Of a DNA stretch of 64,000 nt, positions 13,681 to 26,918 are shown one piece after another. Made by a program: the position numbers and the translations under genes. Positions within the stretch are counted from its first letter, which is position 1, and each line of letters opens with the position of its first letter. The notes below the pieces were generated by a model. It ran no database searches. It was not told where the DNA came from and saw only the letters and a program-made list of their open reading frames with translations. The stretch lies in contig OZ024743.1 of the NCBI GenBank assembly GCA_964016885.1, positions 103,354,001 through 103,418,000 on the forward strand, read 5' to 3'. The DNA comes from Eledone cirrhosa (lineage: Eukaryota).

Positions 13681-13720
13681 GTCCAATATTTCGGGACCTA
13701 AAAGTCCCTTCATCAGGATT
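13681..13720 (-). ncRNA. Minimal hammerhead ribozyme motif (PLE type)
   Basis: CTGATGA-A-GGGAC-ttttag-GTCCC-GAAA-ta-TT; helix I is weak. Confidence 0.6.
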
Positions 13721-14587
13721 TAAGGAACTTTCAGTGGAAAACGTTCTAATTTCCTCTCTTTGGAATAAAATTTTGTTTTTTATTTAAATGTTTTCTAAGT
13801 CATTTACAATCGTTTTTCGATGGTGACTTTGCTTTCCACCTGAGTGACTTCAATTGCCAGTATAGTATTTATATATATATGGTTATTTATAATGTAGAGT
13901 TAGATGCAATGGGATTCGGTCAGAAGTCAGGTTGTTTAACTAGAAGTCTCATTCTACCACCACCCACCGATAACACAAATAGAAGACATTTGTTCCCAGA
14001 CAGAACATAATTCATATTTCAGTTACTGCTGTAAAATGGGAGTGGCTGAAATGGTGTTTAGTTTCTTTCCTCTCAGATCAAATTTTATATAATTGCTCTT
14101 CTTTTTCATTCTTAAAGTGTTAAGCATTAATAAATGTCTGAATACTATGTCTTACTTCTGCCATAGAGGAGAAATGGAGATGGTGCTCTCTGAAGTATCG
14201 GAGATTAAATATCTTGTAATAGATTTGTTACGTGTAAGAACTCCACTCAGTCCTATCGGTGTCAATTTTCCCTTCATCTCTCTGAGATGGGGGCAATAAG
14301 TAAAATAAGGACCATTATTAGACGTATAACGTTATATATATATATATATATAGTTTTGCGAGATTTTTTATATGAAATCGTGTGTCGAAACAAATATTGT
14401 TATAGTTGGGGAGGGTCATATTTGTGTAATAATATTGCCAGAATTAACAACAGAACACACTCACTGTTTGGTTGGTTTTCGCTTCTGTGTCTTTTATATC
14501 GATTAATTTAATTTATTCGGTCCTCAATGTTACCATTGACTGTCAAAAATACAGATACAATATAGACACAAACACATATATATAGTC

Positions 14588-14631
14588 TAACAAAGTTCTT
14601 TCGTTGCACATCTGCAACATCGTCAGTGGTG
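14588..14631 (-). ncRNA. Hammerhead motif in the PLE pLTR
   Basis: CTGACGA-T-GTTGCA-gatg-TGCAAC-GAAA-G-aa-C-TT; helix I partly eroded. Confidence 0.6.
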
Positions 14632-14875
14632 CTATTATGTTTGTTCCCATTGCATTGCATGCCTACGCCATCTTTATTTGGTCTGTTTATTTATTTATTT
14701 ATTTGTTTATTTTTTGTCTTCTCTGCGCATGCGTTTGTGTGTGTGTATAGTGTTTTGTTTGATGTGTGTTCGTGTTTGGGTTATTGTATTCTATCTTAGT
14801 TTACTAGCGTGTGTTTATATGTGTTTGTTGTTATTGTGCTTGTGTATGTATTTATTTATTTATTTATTTATTTAT

Positions 14876-16215
14876 TTATACTTCTCTTAGGTCTACGTCA
14901 GTGTTGTTTTTTTGGGTGTTGTTGTTATTCCATTCATTTTTTCTGTTTAGCCTTGGCCTTCTAAGTTCTATTTCGCTGGCCTCTCTGATTTGCCTATGGT
15001 CATTTCTATGTTTAGATATTATTTTAATTTCTATGTTGTCTATGTTACCGTTGTGTTGTAGTTTGGCATGTTCGTATAGTACTGAACCGTTTTTTCGTCC
15101 TTTTAGTTCCCCCCAGTGTTGGTCTATCCTTTCACCTATGCTACGAGCTGTCTCGCCTATGTATGTTGTTGTCATGTTTCTGCAAGTACCCTCTGTACAT
15201 CTTATGCTATTGACTACGTTTCTAGTTTTACAGTTTATCCGGGGGTTTACTTTACATATGATACATTTCCTATTAGTACAGTGGGTTTTCTTAAGAGAGT
15301 AGGTTTTGCTGATCAGGGATTTTATGGTGGTTCCTGGCTTTTCTACCACCTTAATCTTTAAGTGGGTCTTTCTCAGGGCCTTTCTACACTGGTTAGCTAA
15401 TTTGCCTCCAGGGGTAGCCTCCACAAACATGACACTCTTGTATCTCTGGTTATCGTACCATGAGGTGGCTTTCCCTATCATATGTCTAGTCATATCTAAG
15501 CTATTCCATGATTTGCTCCTGTATAATGGGCAAATTCCTTTCATGTCCAGTTCGATGAGGGTCTTATACTTCTCCGTGGCTCCTTCGTATACTCTGATTC
15601 CGTCTCTTTGGTTGTAGCCAGAGAACTGCATGCGGTTGATGAAGTGTTGGATGTGTCTTTCCATTTCTGTTGGGTCGCACATGCAGGACACGTTCTTCAT
15701 CACTCGTACCAAGTCTGCGATCAGAATATTAAACTTAGCATTACTGGACATTGCTGAGTTTTTGAGTATCAGGTATTTGGAGGCCATGGGTTTAGCATAG
15801 TGTGAGTGGAGAATTTGGGCTCTCTCGTCTATAGTGTTAATCCAGAGTTCCGTGTCTAATACAGGTAGTCTATTGTGAGGATGTTTGGAAGGGTAGTCGA
15901 TAGTTACAGTTATACTCTGGTGTATGGAATTAGCTATCTGCTGGATGCTTTCCATTGTGCTACGTTCTAAATCAAACTTGTTAGTGCTCTCTTGTGGGGA
16001 TATCCTTATTACTATATTGATGTCGTCTACGTAACGAGAGTACATGATGAGGTCTATGGAGCTCTCATCAAGGAGATCTTTGAGTCTCCTTTCCCACCAT
16101 ACCATAAAAAGGTTGGCAACGTCACCAGCTATGCTGATGCCAATGGATGCTCCCTCATTTTGGGTGTAGATCTTCTCGTTGAACTTGAATATGTGGCCCT
16201 TTAGGGTAGTTTTGT
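14876..16215 (-). pseudogene. PLE polyprotein C-terminal part (RT motifs, thumb, GIY-YIG), still open for about 445 codons
   Basis: GASIG, RYVDD, LPVLDT, HYAKPMAS, CTNRKCIIC, YIGETARSIGERIDQH. The first ~20 codons of the track ORF come from the inverted repeat. Confidence 0.9.
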
Positions 16216-16584
16216 TAACATTGAGGACCGAATAAATTAAATTAACCGATATAAAAGACACAGAAGCGAAAACCAACCAAACAGTGAGTGTGTTCTGTTA
16301 TTAATTCTGGCAATATTATTACACAAATATGACCCTCCCCAAATATAACAATATACATATATATATGTTAGTGTGTGGTCGGAAAAGATTGTTTTGGTAA
16401 AAACAGGAGTAAGCGGGAGATAGCTGTCAACAATCGTTGTTTTTAGTTACGATGAAGAATTTTATAAAAATAACAAAATAAGATGCTGAGCTTACATAAA
16501 CGATATATGTAACCTCAGCATCTTATTTTGTTATATATATATATATATATATATGGAGAAGAAGTTTATGAAATTTACTAATTC

Positions 16585-16659
<75 letters not shown>

Positions 16660-17499
16660 TGAAAGGATAACAAGAACGATTGGTTACTCCTTCATTACAT
16701 GTATTGGTAGGTGACGCGCGTTTCGCCACTGATCAGCTCATGGTTCGATCTGTATTGACTTACTCGACTCTATAATCGGCAGCTCGACGGACCGTTTAAA
16801 ATGCTATAAGAAAATGAATACAAGTTATATGAAAAAGTCAGAAGTTCATAAGCTGGTCAATATGAGTTATTTTGATTGGTGGAATAGATCATAGGGGTGT
16901 ATTCGCCAGTAGTGTATAGGGGGTGGATGTGAGGATAAGATGATGGTGAGGGTCGCTGGCTGGAGGTGTCGGATTGACTTTCGCCTGTAGTGTATGTAGG
17001 GGTGGATGTGATGATAAGATGGTGGTGACGGTCGCTGACTGGGGTGGGCTGTGATGTGGGTGTAGTGGATTGTCGGTAGACAGATTATTGTGTGTGGTTG
17101 GGTGTGGTGTTGTTGTTTATGGTAATGGCGTGTGTGGTGGTGTGGTGGATGTGTTGTTGGTGTCAAGTCCATGGGGAGGTACATACCCAGACATTCTTAG
17201 TCTGACAAATACGTTGTATACATATTCATGCGCATATATACTGACATATATACATACACACTTATATACACACACGTACACACGCACACATACATCCACA
17301 TTTACATATATTTATATGCATATATACACACACATATATGCATGCGCGCGTGTGGATATATAGAGAGGGGTGAGTATCAGTGGGGGTGGCGTAGTACCAC
17401 GTAGAGGGAGGGTGAGAGCCAATGGAGATGGTGTTTTACATATAGACATACACATACATACACACACACATACAGACACATACATATATATATACACAC

Positions 17500-17586
<87 letters not shown>

Positions 17587-17644
17587 GAAACACACAGATA
17601 CATGCGGACACACACATATATACATGAGTGCATCCGTACCCAAC

Positions 17645-18836
17645 TGTGTGTTAAGGGTGCCAACTTCACCGATGTTGCTCAATGAATGACTGGGACAGAC
17701 CAATTCAGTTCGAACTAGACTGAACCAGTATCAGAGTTAAAAATACATTATGAAGAGAGAAGAAACATTTAGATATAATTAGTAATAAAATGTATCATAC
17801 CTAAACTGTTCCTAAATTCCTCGACTACGTAGTTTCGTGGCATAAACAAAAACAATATATCAAAGATATAGAGTCCTTGCGAGGTCTGCCAACTTATCAA
17901 GAGGATACCTCATTTTACTAGTCTCAAGAACGCGTCTACACGGCGTGAGAAAGAATCCCAAAAGGCGGAGGGGGAGATAGTCACGCGATATAACGGTCGA
18001 GAAACAGAGCTAAGCCTCTTATAACCACGTATATATACGAACATATATATAAATATACTTATACACAGACACACACACTTGCGTTGGTTCGAGAGGGAAG
18101 GGATGTGTTGGCGATGTTAATGAAGTTAATGATTGTTGAGGTATTGAGTTTAGCCTTGTGATGGCGGTGGTGGAGTTGTGGGCGACCAAAAATATACAGA
18201 ATCGAATAATACGATTGGTTACAGGTTAAAAGGTGACATAGGGAACACGGGGGGAACAGTTTGTGGACGTATAACTATGTGTGTTGTGGTCATGGTGGTG
18301 GTGGTTGTTCAACAATATATTTACATGATCAGATGTTACGGTGGGTTACAGGGTAAGGCCGACGGAGGGCGGATATAACACAGTCGATCTGGGAGTGAGA
18401 GATGATATGTGTTGATGCTGTTAATGATGTTAATGATTGTTGAAGTATGTGGATGTATCTAGTGGTGGCGGTTGTGGTTTGTGCGACAGTACATTTACAG
18501 GATCGAATTTTGCGTGGCGTTGTAGGTTAAGGCAGACAGAGGGAACATGGGGAAATAAGGTCGCGGGTGTGGGATGGTAGACATATAGCGATGTGTGGTG
18601 GTGGTGGCGATGGGGTGATATGATCGACATTATATTTACAGGATCATATGTTACTATGGATTGCAAGGTAAAACCTGACAGAGAGGGCAGATAGAACACA
18701 ATGTTGCAAAGATGATGGGTGTATGGCGCTGTGATTTTTAACAATCATTAACTTCATTTACATCGCCAACACATACCTTCCCTCTCGAACCAACCCAAGT
18801 GTGTGTGTCTGTGTGCAAGTATATTTATATATATGT
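17645..18836 (-). mobile_element. Non-coding PLE-type 3' region/pLTR with hammerhead and 5' inverted copy
   Basis: HHR at 17819-17912; 18041-18137 inverted relative to 18740-18836; homologous to 27725-28070; TA-rich flanks. Confidence 0.65.
17819..17912 (-). ncRNA. Type I hammerhead variant (U3-A8 core, enlarged helix II)
   Basis: CCTC-TTGATAA-GTTGGCA...TGCCAC-GAAA-CTACGTAG-TC-GAGG. Confidence 0.78.
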
Positions 18837-18860
18837 ACGTATATATATATATATATATAT

Positions 18861-21702
18861 ATTAGTAAAAGGAAAAGAAAATGCTGACAAATTGTTCCCA
18901 GTGAAAAATAGTTTAATTAGGAATAAGCAAAAATTAGTAATAAGTATTGGTTAGTATTCAATTTTAGTTTTAAGTTGTTACCGGTTGCGCATTTCTAATG
19001 CTTTTCAAAAATAATTTTGAGATAGAGCGCCCTCGAATTCTGTGAACACATCACAAACTTCCCTTACCAACACTTGCACAGACAAAAACACAAGCCAAAC
19101 CTCAACAAGAAAGAATGGGAAGAATTAAATAGATTAAAAACCGACAGAACCATTACAATTATAGAGGCTGATAAAGGGAGTACAGTAGTCCTAATGGAGA
19201 TAGAATTCTATATCAATTTAGCACTCTCCACTTTGGAAAACGAAACATACTACGAAAAAGCTGAACACTACAATCAACAGAAAATTATGAGAAACCTAAA
19301 AACTCTGATCAACCAATACAAAGAAGGACTCACTAACAAGGAATTCAGCTTCATCACAGACTTCACAAGTAAATCCAGCCTTTTCTACGGTATCCCTAAA
19401 GTACATAAAAGCGAATTAATAAGTAAGGCATGCAAGGAAGCCACAGACATAGTCATCAATGTCCCCTCACCCAATTATCTCAAATTAAGACCTATAATAG
19501 CAGGCCCCGCTTGCGAAACCCATCGCCTTAGCAACTTGATTGATACCTTTCTCAAGCCTTTTCTCAAACACATCAAAAGCTATATAAGGACGACCTAGAT
19601 ATGCTCAATCACCTCCCTAATATGCCCCTTTCTGAACAAACCCTACTAGTGACGTTCGATGTAGTCAACCTATACTCCAACATCCCCCACAACCTAGGAA
19701 TAGAAGCTATCCAATTCTGGCTGGATAATTACCACAATGAACTCCCACAACGCATCAAAAAAGAATTCGTGATAGAGGGACTCAAATTTATCTTGGAGAA
19801 CAATTACTTCGTTTTCAATAACAAATCCTACAGGCAGAAATCTGGCACCACTATGGGAAGAAAACAGCCCCCACTTATGCCAACCTAGTCATGGGATACC
19901 TGGAAATCACCCTCTACACTAAAGTACTAAACAAATTTGGAAACACTCTCCACTTACACATAGAAAATGGAAGCGATATCTAGATGACTGCTTCATCTTT
20001 TGGTACGAAAACATCGAGAAACTTAAAGAATTTCACACCCTTAAAATGGGCTCAACACGAATATTAACTTTACGATGGAATACAGTCATGAACAACTCCC
20101 CTTCCTCGACATCCTCATTAAGATTCATAACAAAAAAATAGAAACAGACATATACTACAAGCCCACAGACTTCAAGCAATATCTTCCTTTCAACTCTTGC
20201 CACCCTAGACACGTTAAAATTAATATTCTCTAAAACTTAGTCAAGAGAATCTGTACTATAGTCTCCAATAAAAACACCTGTTACTTACGGCTACAAGAAC
20301 TAAAGGACACACTCATAGGCAAGGGCTACCCTGCATCACTAATTGACAATGGAATCCAACGTGCCCTAAAACTCAATACCCGGGACCTTAGACACCCTAA
20401 AGTAAATCAACCGAAACTAAAAGCTCTTCCATACATCTCCACACACAACCCCCCAACAATGAGGCCTTTGACACCATCCCCCAGAACATCCCTGTGTTAA
20501 AAAAGGACTATAGAATGAACCAAATCCTTCGAACACACGATATCATAAAGAGCAAAAGACAATCTAAGTCAATGAAAAACATCCTAACACATGACAAAGT
20601 ACTGCCAACCACAACAACGAAACCCACAGTAAAAAAATGCGATAGACCCAACTGTGGCATATGCATCAACCTAATAGAGGGTTCGGAATTCTATTTCAAA
20701 GAAGGACAACGTTTTATAGTAAAACACAATTTCACATGCGCATCAGAAAATCTAATATATGTATTAACTTGCTCAGGTTGTCGAGAACAATGCATAGGCC
20801 AGAACAAAAACAGCCTCCGCCAACGCATGACTGTCCATAGATCCCAAATTAAAATACGGGAATACAGGAAAATACCACTGAGTAAACACATTGATACCTG
20901 TGCCGCCCAAAACCATCCCAACTTTAGAATCTTTCCCCTCTACAAATTTAAAGATAATGACACCCACACCCAGCGCATCAGCAAGGAATCTCACTTTATT
21001 AACAAATACGGACCCCGTCTAAACATTTCTCCCTAAGACGAACCCACAACATACACACGTCAACATACATACCTACATCATCATACATCCTACATACATC
21101 TCTATCCACATATAAACACAATGACATACGTAAACACACATGTTCTAGGGTGCAACACAAATATACACAAATTTGCATACCCTTTGATGTCTATAGATAT
21201 AAACGTGCCGACACACACACATACATATACGCACACATGCATTGCGCACTGATGGGCACATACATACTTGTACACAAGTATTCCCATACGGCAGGGCCTA
21301 ATGGATTCCCCTTGCAGTACGTACAATCTGGACACTCAACCACACCTTGGTGTTATGACAATACTATACATCATTTCACCACTTTTATTATTAATGTTTT
21401 TGATCTTCTCTTGAGAGAATCGTTTTTGCTGAAAATATCGAATAATGTACACCATTTTTACCAGTATCACAAAAATACTGGTCCATCCACACACACATAT
21501 ACACACAGACACACATATGCACACACACATACACACGCGTACACTAACATACAAAGAGACATATACACACACACACACACACTTCTCCGTATAAGACAAG
21601 AGCTGAAAAATATCTTTCAACATGTTAAATATCTTTCAACATGTTAAAATACACGTACAGACACATTCCTACTGACCGATCCCTCTACCACGAATTACTC
21701 TG

Positions 21703-21772
<70 letters not shown>

Positions 21773-22385
21773 TTGTCTTAATAGGCACCTGAACTGTTGA
21801 CCTTTCAACATGACTGCAATTCACACACACATCCCTACTGACCATTATCACAACAATGAACCTCTTTACTACACACACACACACACATATTTGTCTTAAT
21901 AGACTTATTTTTCAGTGACTTCTCAATCAGGTGAAAAAGGACACTCTTCCCCAAATCTACATTTGGCGCAAAATCCATTTTTAACATTCACGTGACCTCT
22001 ACCGACCAATCAAAATTGTTTTGACTACAAGAATTTTTGCAACACGAATTGGCGCGAAACTTATAGTACTCATTCAAGTGACATTCAACAACCAACCAAA
22101 TATTAATACCTCTGGAGCCACTTTTTTCCCATAAAACAGGTAGAATTTCCAAAACTGATCAGGTTAGAGCAAATATCACGGGCGCTCTATCTCAAAATTA
22201 TTTTTGAAAAGCATTAGAAATGCACAACCGGTAAATACTTAAAACTAAAACTGAATACTAACCAATACTTAATACTAATTTTTACTTATTCCTAATTAAA
22301 CTATTTTTCAGTGGGAAAAATTTGTCAGCATTTTCTTTTCCTTTTACTAATATATCACAACTCGTGTGTTACACCTCTATTCTTT
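18861..22385 (+). mobile_element. 5'-truncated Neptune-like Penelope element with long CA-rich 3'UTR and 5' inverted repeat
   Basis: RT and GIY-YIG remnants; 18861-19032 is inverted relative to 22180-22351; (TA)n on both sides. Confidence 0.9.
19040..21036 (+). pseudogene. PLE RT + GIY-YIG polyprotein, frameshifted
   Basis: EADKG, FYGIPKVHK, RPII, FDVVNLYSNIP, GTTMG, RYLDD, LPFLD, YYKPTD, CDRPNCGIC, LIYVLTC...IGQ. Confidence 0.93.
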
Positions 22386-22479
<94 letters not shown>

Positions 22480-22483
22480 AAAG

Positions 22484-22536
22484 GAGATTCCTGATGATTT
22501 CTAATGAATGAAACAGTTCTAGTCCTGTAGAATCTC
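22484..22536 (+). ncRNA. Type I hammerhead ribozyme
   Basis: GAGATTC-CTGATGA-TTTCtaatGAAT-GAAA-CAG ttctagtc CTG-TA-GAATCTC; perfect 7-bp helix I. Confidence 0.8.
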
Positions 22537-22571
22537 ATCTATATTAAAACTATATATATATATATATATAT

Positions 22572-23628
22572 TAGAAAGTGTGGGTTTTTTTACGAAATTA
22601 AAAATAACCGAGGTGTCCTACACGAGTGAAAGTATAAAGAAAAAAGATGAAATCGAAAATGCAACTGGAGTCTTATTTTTTTTTTTTAAATATATCTATT
22701 TATTTGGTTCCTTTACCGGTTTCGCAGTTCTTCTGCTTTTCAAAAGTAGAGTAGAGATGGAGGGTCTGTGGTTTTTCTCACATCTGGTTGGTCTCTGAAT
22801 GTTACTTGTTTTATATGGAAAAATGTGGCTCGAAATGCCAGGTTTTTCGAGAAGTAATTTGATTGGTTGGTCAATAATTATAATAAATTTCGCGCCAGTT
22901 CGCGTTACAATAGTTCTTCAAACAAGGGGGGGGGGGTCACAGGTTGTTTTTTCATATATGAGTGTTTGAATTTATTTTTACTTGAAAAAAGGGGCTCACG
23001 AAGGCTTTTTTTTTAAATAAGCGTAATTTGATTGGTTATAAATGAAATTATGGCTGTCACGTGAACAAGTTTTCATTAAATTTCGTGCCCTTATTTGGAA
23101 ATCCATTCTGTAGCCTTTTTAGAGAATTGTATAAGTAAAAGATAATGGTCAAGAGAAATGGTATGGGAGAATTGTTCTGGTTCAGTGAATATGGTTAGTT
23201 CGCTGGGGTGTCAGAATTCAGATTTTCTATTGAATAAAGAAAGTAAAGATATGTATGTTTATTTGTGTGCTTGTGTGTGTGTGCGTGTGTGTGTGTGTGT
23301 GTGTGTTGTGTGTGTGAGTTTGAATTTCTTTTTACTTTAAAAAAAGGTGGCTCACGAAGGCTTTTTTATAATAAACGTAATTTGATTGGTTATAAATGAA
23401 ATTTGGCTGTCACGTGAACAAGTTTTCATTACATTTTCGCGCCCTTATTTGGAAATCTATTCTGTAGCCTTTTTAGAGAATGTTATGACAAGCAAAAGAT
23501 AGTGGTCAAGAGAAATGGGATGGGAGAATTGTTCTGGTTCAGTGAATATGGTTAGTTCGCTGGGGTGTCAGAATTCAGATTTTCTATTGAATAAAGAAAG
23601 TAAAGATATGTATGTTTATTTGTGTGCT

Positions 23629-23662
<34 letters not shown>

Positions 23663-23990
23663 TATTGGAAGATGATTCTATTAGTAGAAATGGGGGAGGG
23701 AGTTGTGTGTGTGTGTATATGTGTGTGTGTGTGCGAGTATGTTAAGATGGAGAGAATATATATTTTGTGTGTGTGTATATATGTGTGTAGGAAAGTGATT
23801 CTATTAGTAGAAATGGGGGAGGAGTTGTGTATGTGGGTGTGGGGGTTGTTATGTGTGTGTATGGGTGTTATGTGTATGGGAGTATGGTTAGCATGTTAAG
23901 ATGAAGAGAATATATATATATATATATTGTGTGTGTGTGTGTGTGTGTAGGAAAATGATTCCTTTAGTAGGAATATTTTTGAATGAACAT
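22572..23990 (-). mobile_element. 3'UTR remnant of a related PLE family with an internal ~355-bp direct duplication
   Basis: Shares GAGGTGT..ACACGAG and downstream motifs with the reverse complement of 22230-22380; about 22975-23300 repeats at 23330-23655; 22633-22772 recurs at 36362-36502. Confidence 0.6.
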
Positions 23991-24018
23991 ATTTTCCTTA
24001 TATATATATATATATATG

Positions 24019-24251
24019 TTTATAAATTTACAAATTTATAAATTTCTGGTTGGTTGGTTGGTTCCACAACCAGATAGTTGTTTATATATATATAGTCATA
24101 GTTCTTTCGTCACACACTCTGTGACCTCTTCAGTGACTGAAGAGGTCACAGAGTGTGTGACGAAAGAACTATGACTATATATATATAAACAACTATCTGG
24201 TTGTGGAACCAACCAACCAACCAGAAATTTATAAATTTGTAAATTTATAAA
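24019..24251. repeat. Perfect palindrome, 116-bp arms with a 1-nt spacer (G24135), containing back-to-back hammerhead motifs
   Basis: Base-by-base symmetry; ORFs on both strands share the same peptide (FINLQIYK...ECVTKEL). Confidence 0.95.
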
Positions 24252-24426
24252 TATATAATAAATTAAATTGAAGTGAAAGCAACTGGTGCGTGTGTTTCTT
24301 ATTGGCAACATGACCCTCCCAAAGTATAACAATATCGGTTTCAACACACGATTTCAGATAAAGAATCTTGCTAAACAAATTCAGAAACGAAATATATATA
24401 TGTATATTTATATATATATATATAAA

Positions 24427-24904
24427 TATACGTACATACATATATGTATACAGACGTCCAGTAGTATGTATATATATATATATATATATACATACATGCA
24501 CACATATATATATGTACGCATGGGTTCACCGAACATTTATTATAATGCTCGGTGTGTTTGTAAACAAACATCCCGAATTAAGCCGTACAGTGTCTAGCAA
24601 CAATCGTTGCTCATTTGTTCAATACTGACAAAGGAACGCTGTACTAGTTTCAAGCTTATTAGCTATCGTCAGCAACGTATACCTTCCTGCCAGATGGTTG
24701 AACGTCTGAAAGTATATACCTTCCTTATGCATATTAACGGCTGAGCAGCCTAATTTGCATATCGAGTGAGTTAATCGGCCGGGTGCACCGAAAACGATAA
24801 ACGGAAAAAGTGAAACGAAATTTCATTTCTCAGTCTTAGTACGGCTGTTACATAACTATAAGTATGTATACGTACATACATATATGTATACAGACGTACA
24901 GTAG

Positions 24905-24940
<36 letters not shown>

Positions 24941-25084
24941 CATGCACACATATATATATGTACGTATGGATTCAACCATCTGGCAGGAAGGTATACGTTG
25001 GTGACGATAGCTAATAAGCTTGAAACTAGTACAGCGTTCCTTTGTCGGGGTTAAACAAATGAGCAACGATGGTTGCTAGACACT
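24427..25084 (-). mobile_element. Retrozyme-like HHR repeat, array A (about 1.25 units plus inverted tail)
   Basis: Same unit as 33494-34624; HHR at 24636-24678; 24971-25084 is an inverted copy of 24588-24702. Confidence 0.75.
24636..24678 (-). ncRNA. Type I hammerhead ribozyme
   Basis: ACGTTG-CTGACGA-T-AGCT-aata-AGCT-T-GAAA-CTAG-TA-CAGCGT. Confidence 0.8.
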
Positions 25085-25635
25085 CTACAGAGCTGTAGCG
25101 GAGATTCATTTGGTCTCCTAGTTAGAATTTTAGTCTACGATTTCTGCTATACCATTTACGTGGTTTTGTCTTTACGTGCTATTGTTCTCCACGCTCCACA
25201 TATGACTTATTATCTTCGTTTTTTCGTTCATTGCCAGAGAACGTCTCTATGCACCACCTAAGAGAACATTAGTCTACGACCTCTTTTATACCATAAACGT
25301 GGTTTTGTCTTTGCGCGTAATTGTTTTTCACCGCTCCTATTAATGACGTATTATTCGTTTTTTCCCGTTCTTTGCCAGCGAACGTTACCACGAACCAAAG
25401 TATCGTCTTCCTGTCTTCCTCCGGTTGCAACGTTTTTTGAAATATCCAGTTCTGCGTTTACAGATAGACTTTGTTAGTTTCAGAAGATCCCGTTAAGGGT
25501 GAAAGCAGCGATTCTTTGCTTAAACTTTAATCTGTTATTTTAATAAATATTTGCTCTACGGTTCTTATATATTTGATATATATTTTCCTTATCGAGCCCT
25601 CTTTAGATTTTAGTCTTCAATTTTATTATTATTAC

Positions 25636-26389
<754 letters not shown>

Positions 26390-26843
26390 AGGGCAAAGGA
26401 GCTCTTAAGAGTCAATGGCCATCCAAAATCACAGGGAGAGATGACCCCTTAGCCTTTGTCAAGGCAGAATTCTAGGAGAAGGAAAACTCTGATATAACAC
26501 CTGCAACCCTGATGGTATCCAATGATGTTCACTTGTTCTTCTTTTTGGTAAATATCATCTTGGTTAAGAGAGTGGGACTGGCTTTGTGCAGTGCCTTTGC
26601 TCACTATAAAAGCTTCACGGCGCAGGCATTGCTTTATATCTGGAGATCTCTCTGCACTTGTCATCACATGGTACCATGGGCCCAGCACTATGTGTCAATA
26701 ATTGTCGCAAGTGTAGTGTTTGTACCAGAGTTTTCAAGTCGCTGGCTGGACTAAAAAGTCACACTCGTTCAGCGCATCAGTAGGGGTTCTCTTATACGGA
26801 TATAAAGTAGTGGCGGTACTCGAAAACGAGTTGGCAGCCACCA
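26390..26843 (+). mobile_element. Bipartite RTE-derived non-autonomous element, 5'-truncated, with (TATG)n tail
   Basis: RTE 5'UTR-like CTAGGAGAAGGAAAACTCTG; 26712-26783 encodes [23 protein letters not shown] (C2H2); 3' hairpin ACTCG-AAAA-CGAGT. Confidence 0.8.
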
Positions 26844-26918
26844 TGTATGTATGTATGTATGTATGTATGTATGTATGTATGTATGTATGTATGTATCTAT
26901 GTATGTATGTATGTATGT

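Larger units (their letters stand above)
14354..16354 (-). mobile_element. 5'-truncated Penelope-like element with 3' pLTR and a 5' inverted repeat
   Basis: RT plus GIY-YIG ORF; 14394-14532 is inverted relative to 16216-16354; TA-rich tracts at both ends. Confidence 0.9.

Noticed and set aside
25460-25535. GAAAC...GTC with flanking complementarity on the minus strand
   Set aside because: No CTGANGA-like core at the required position.
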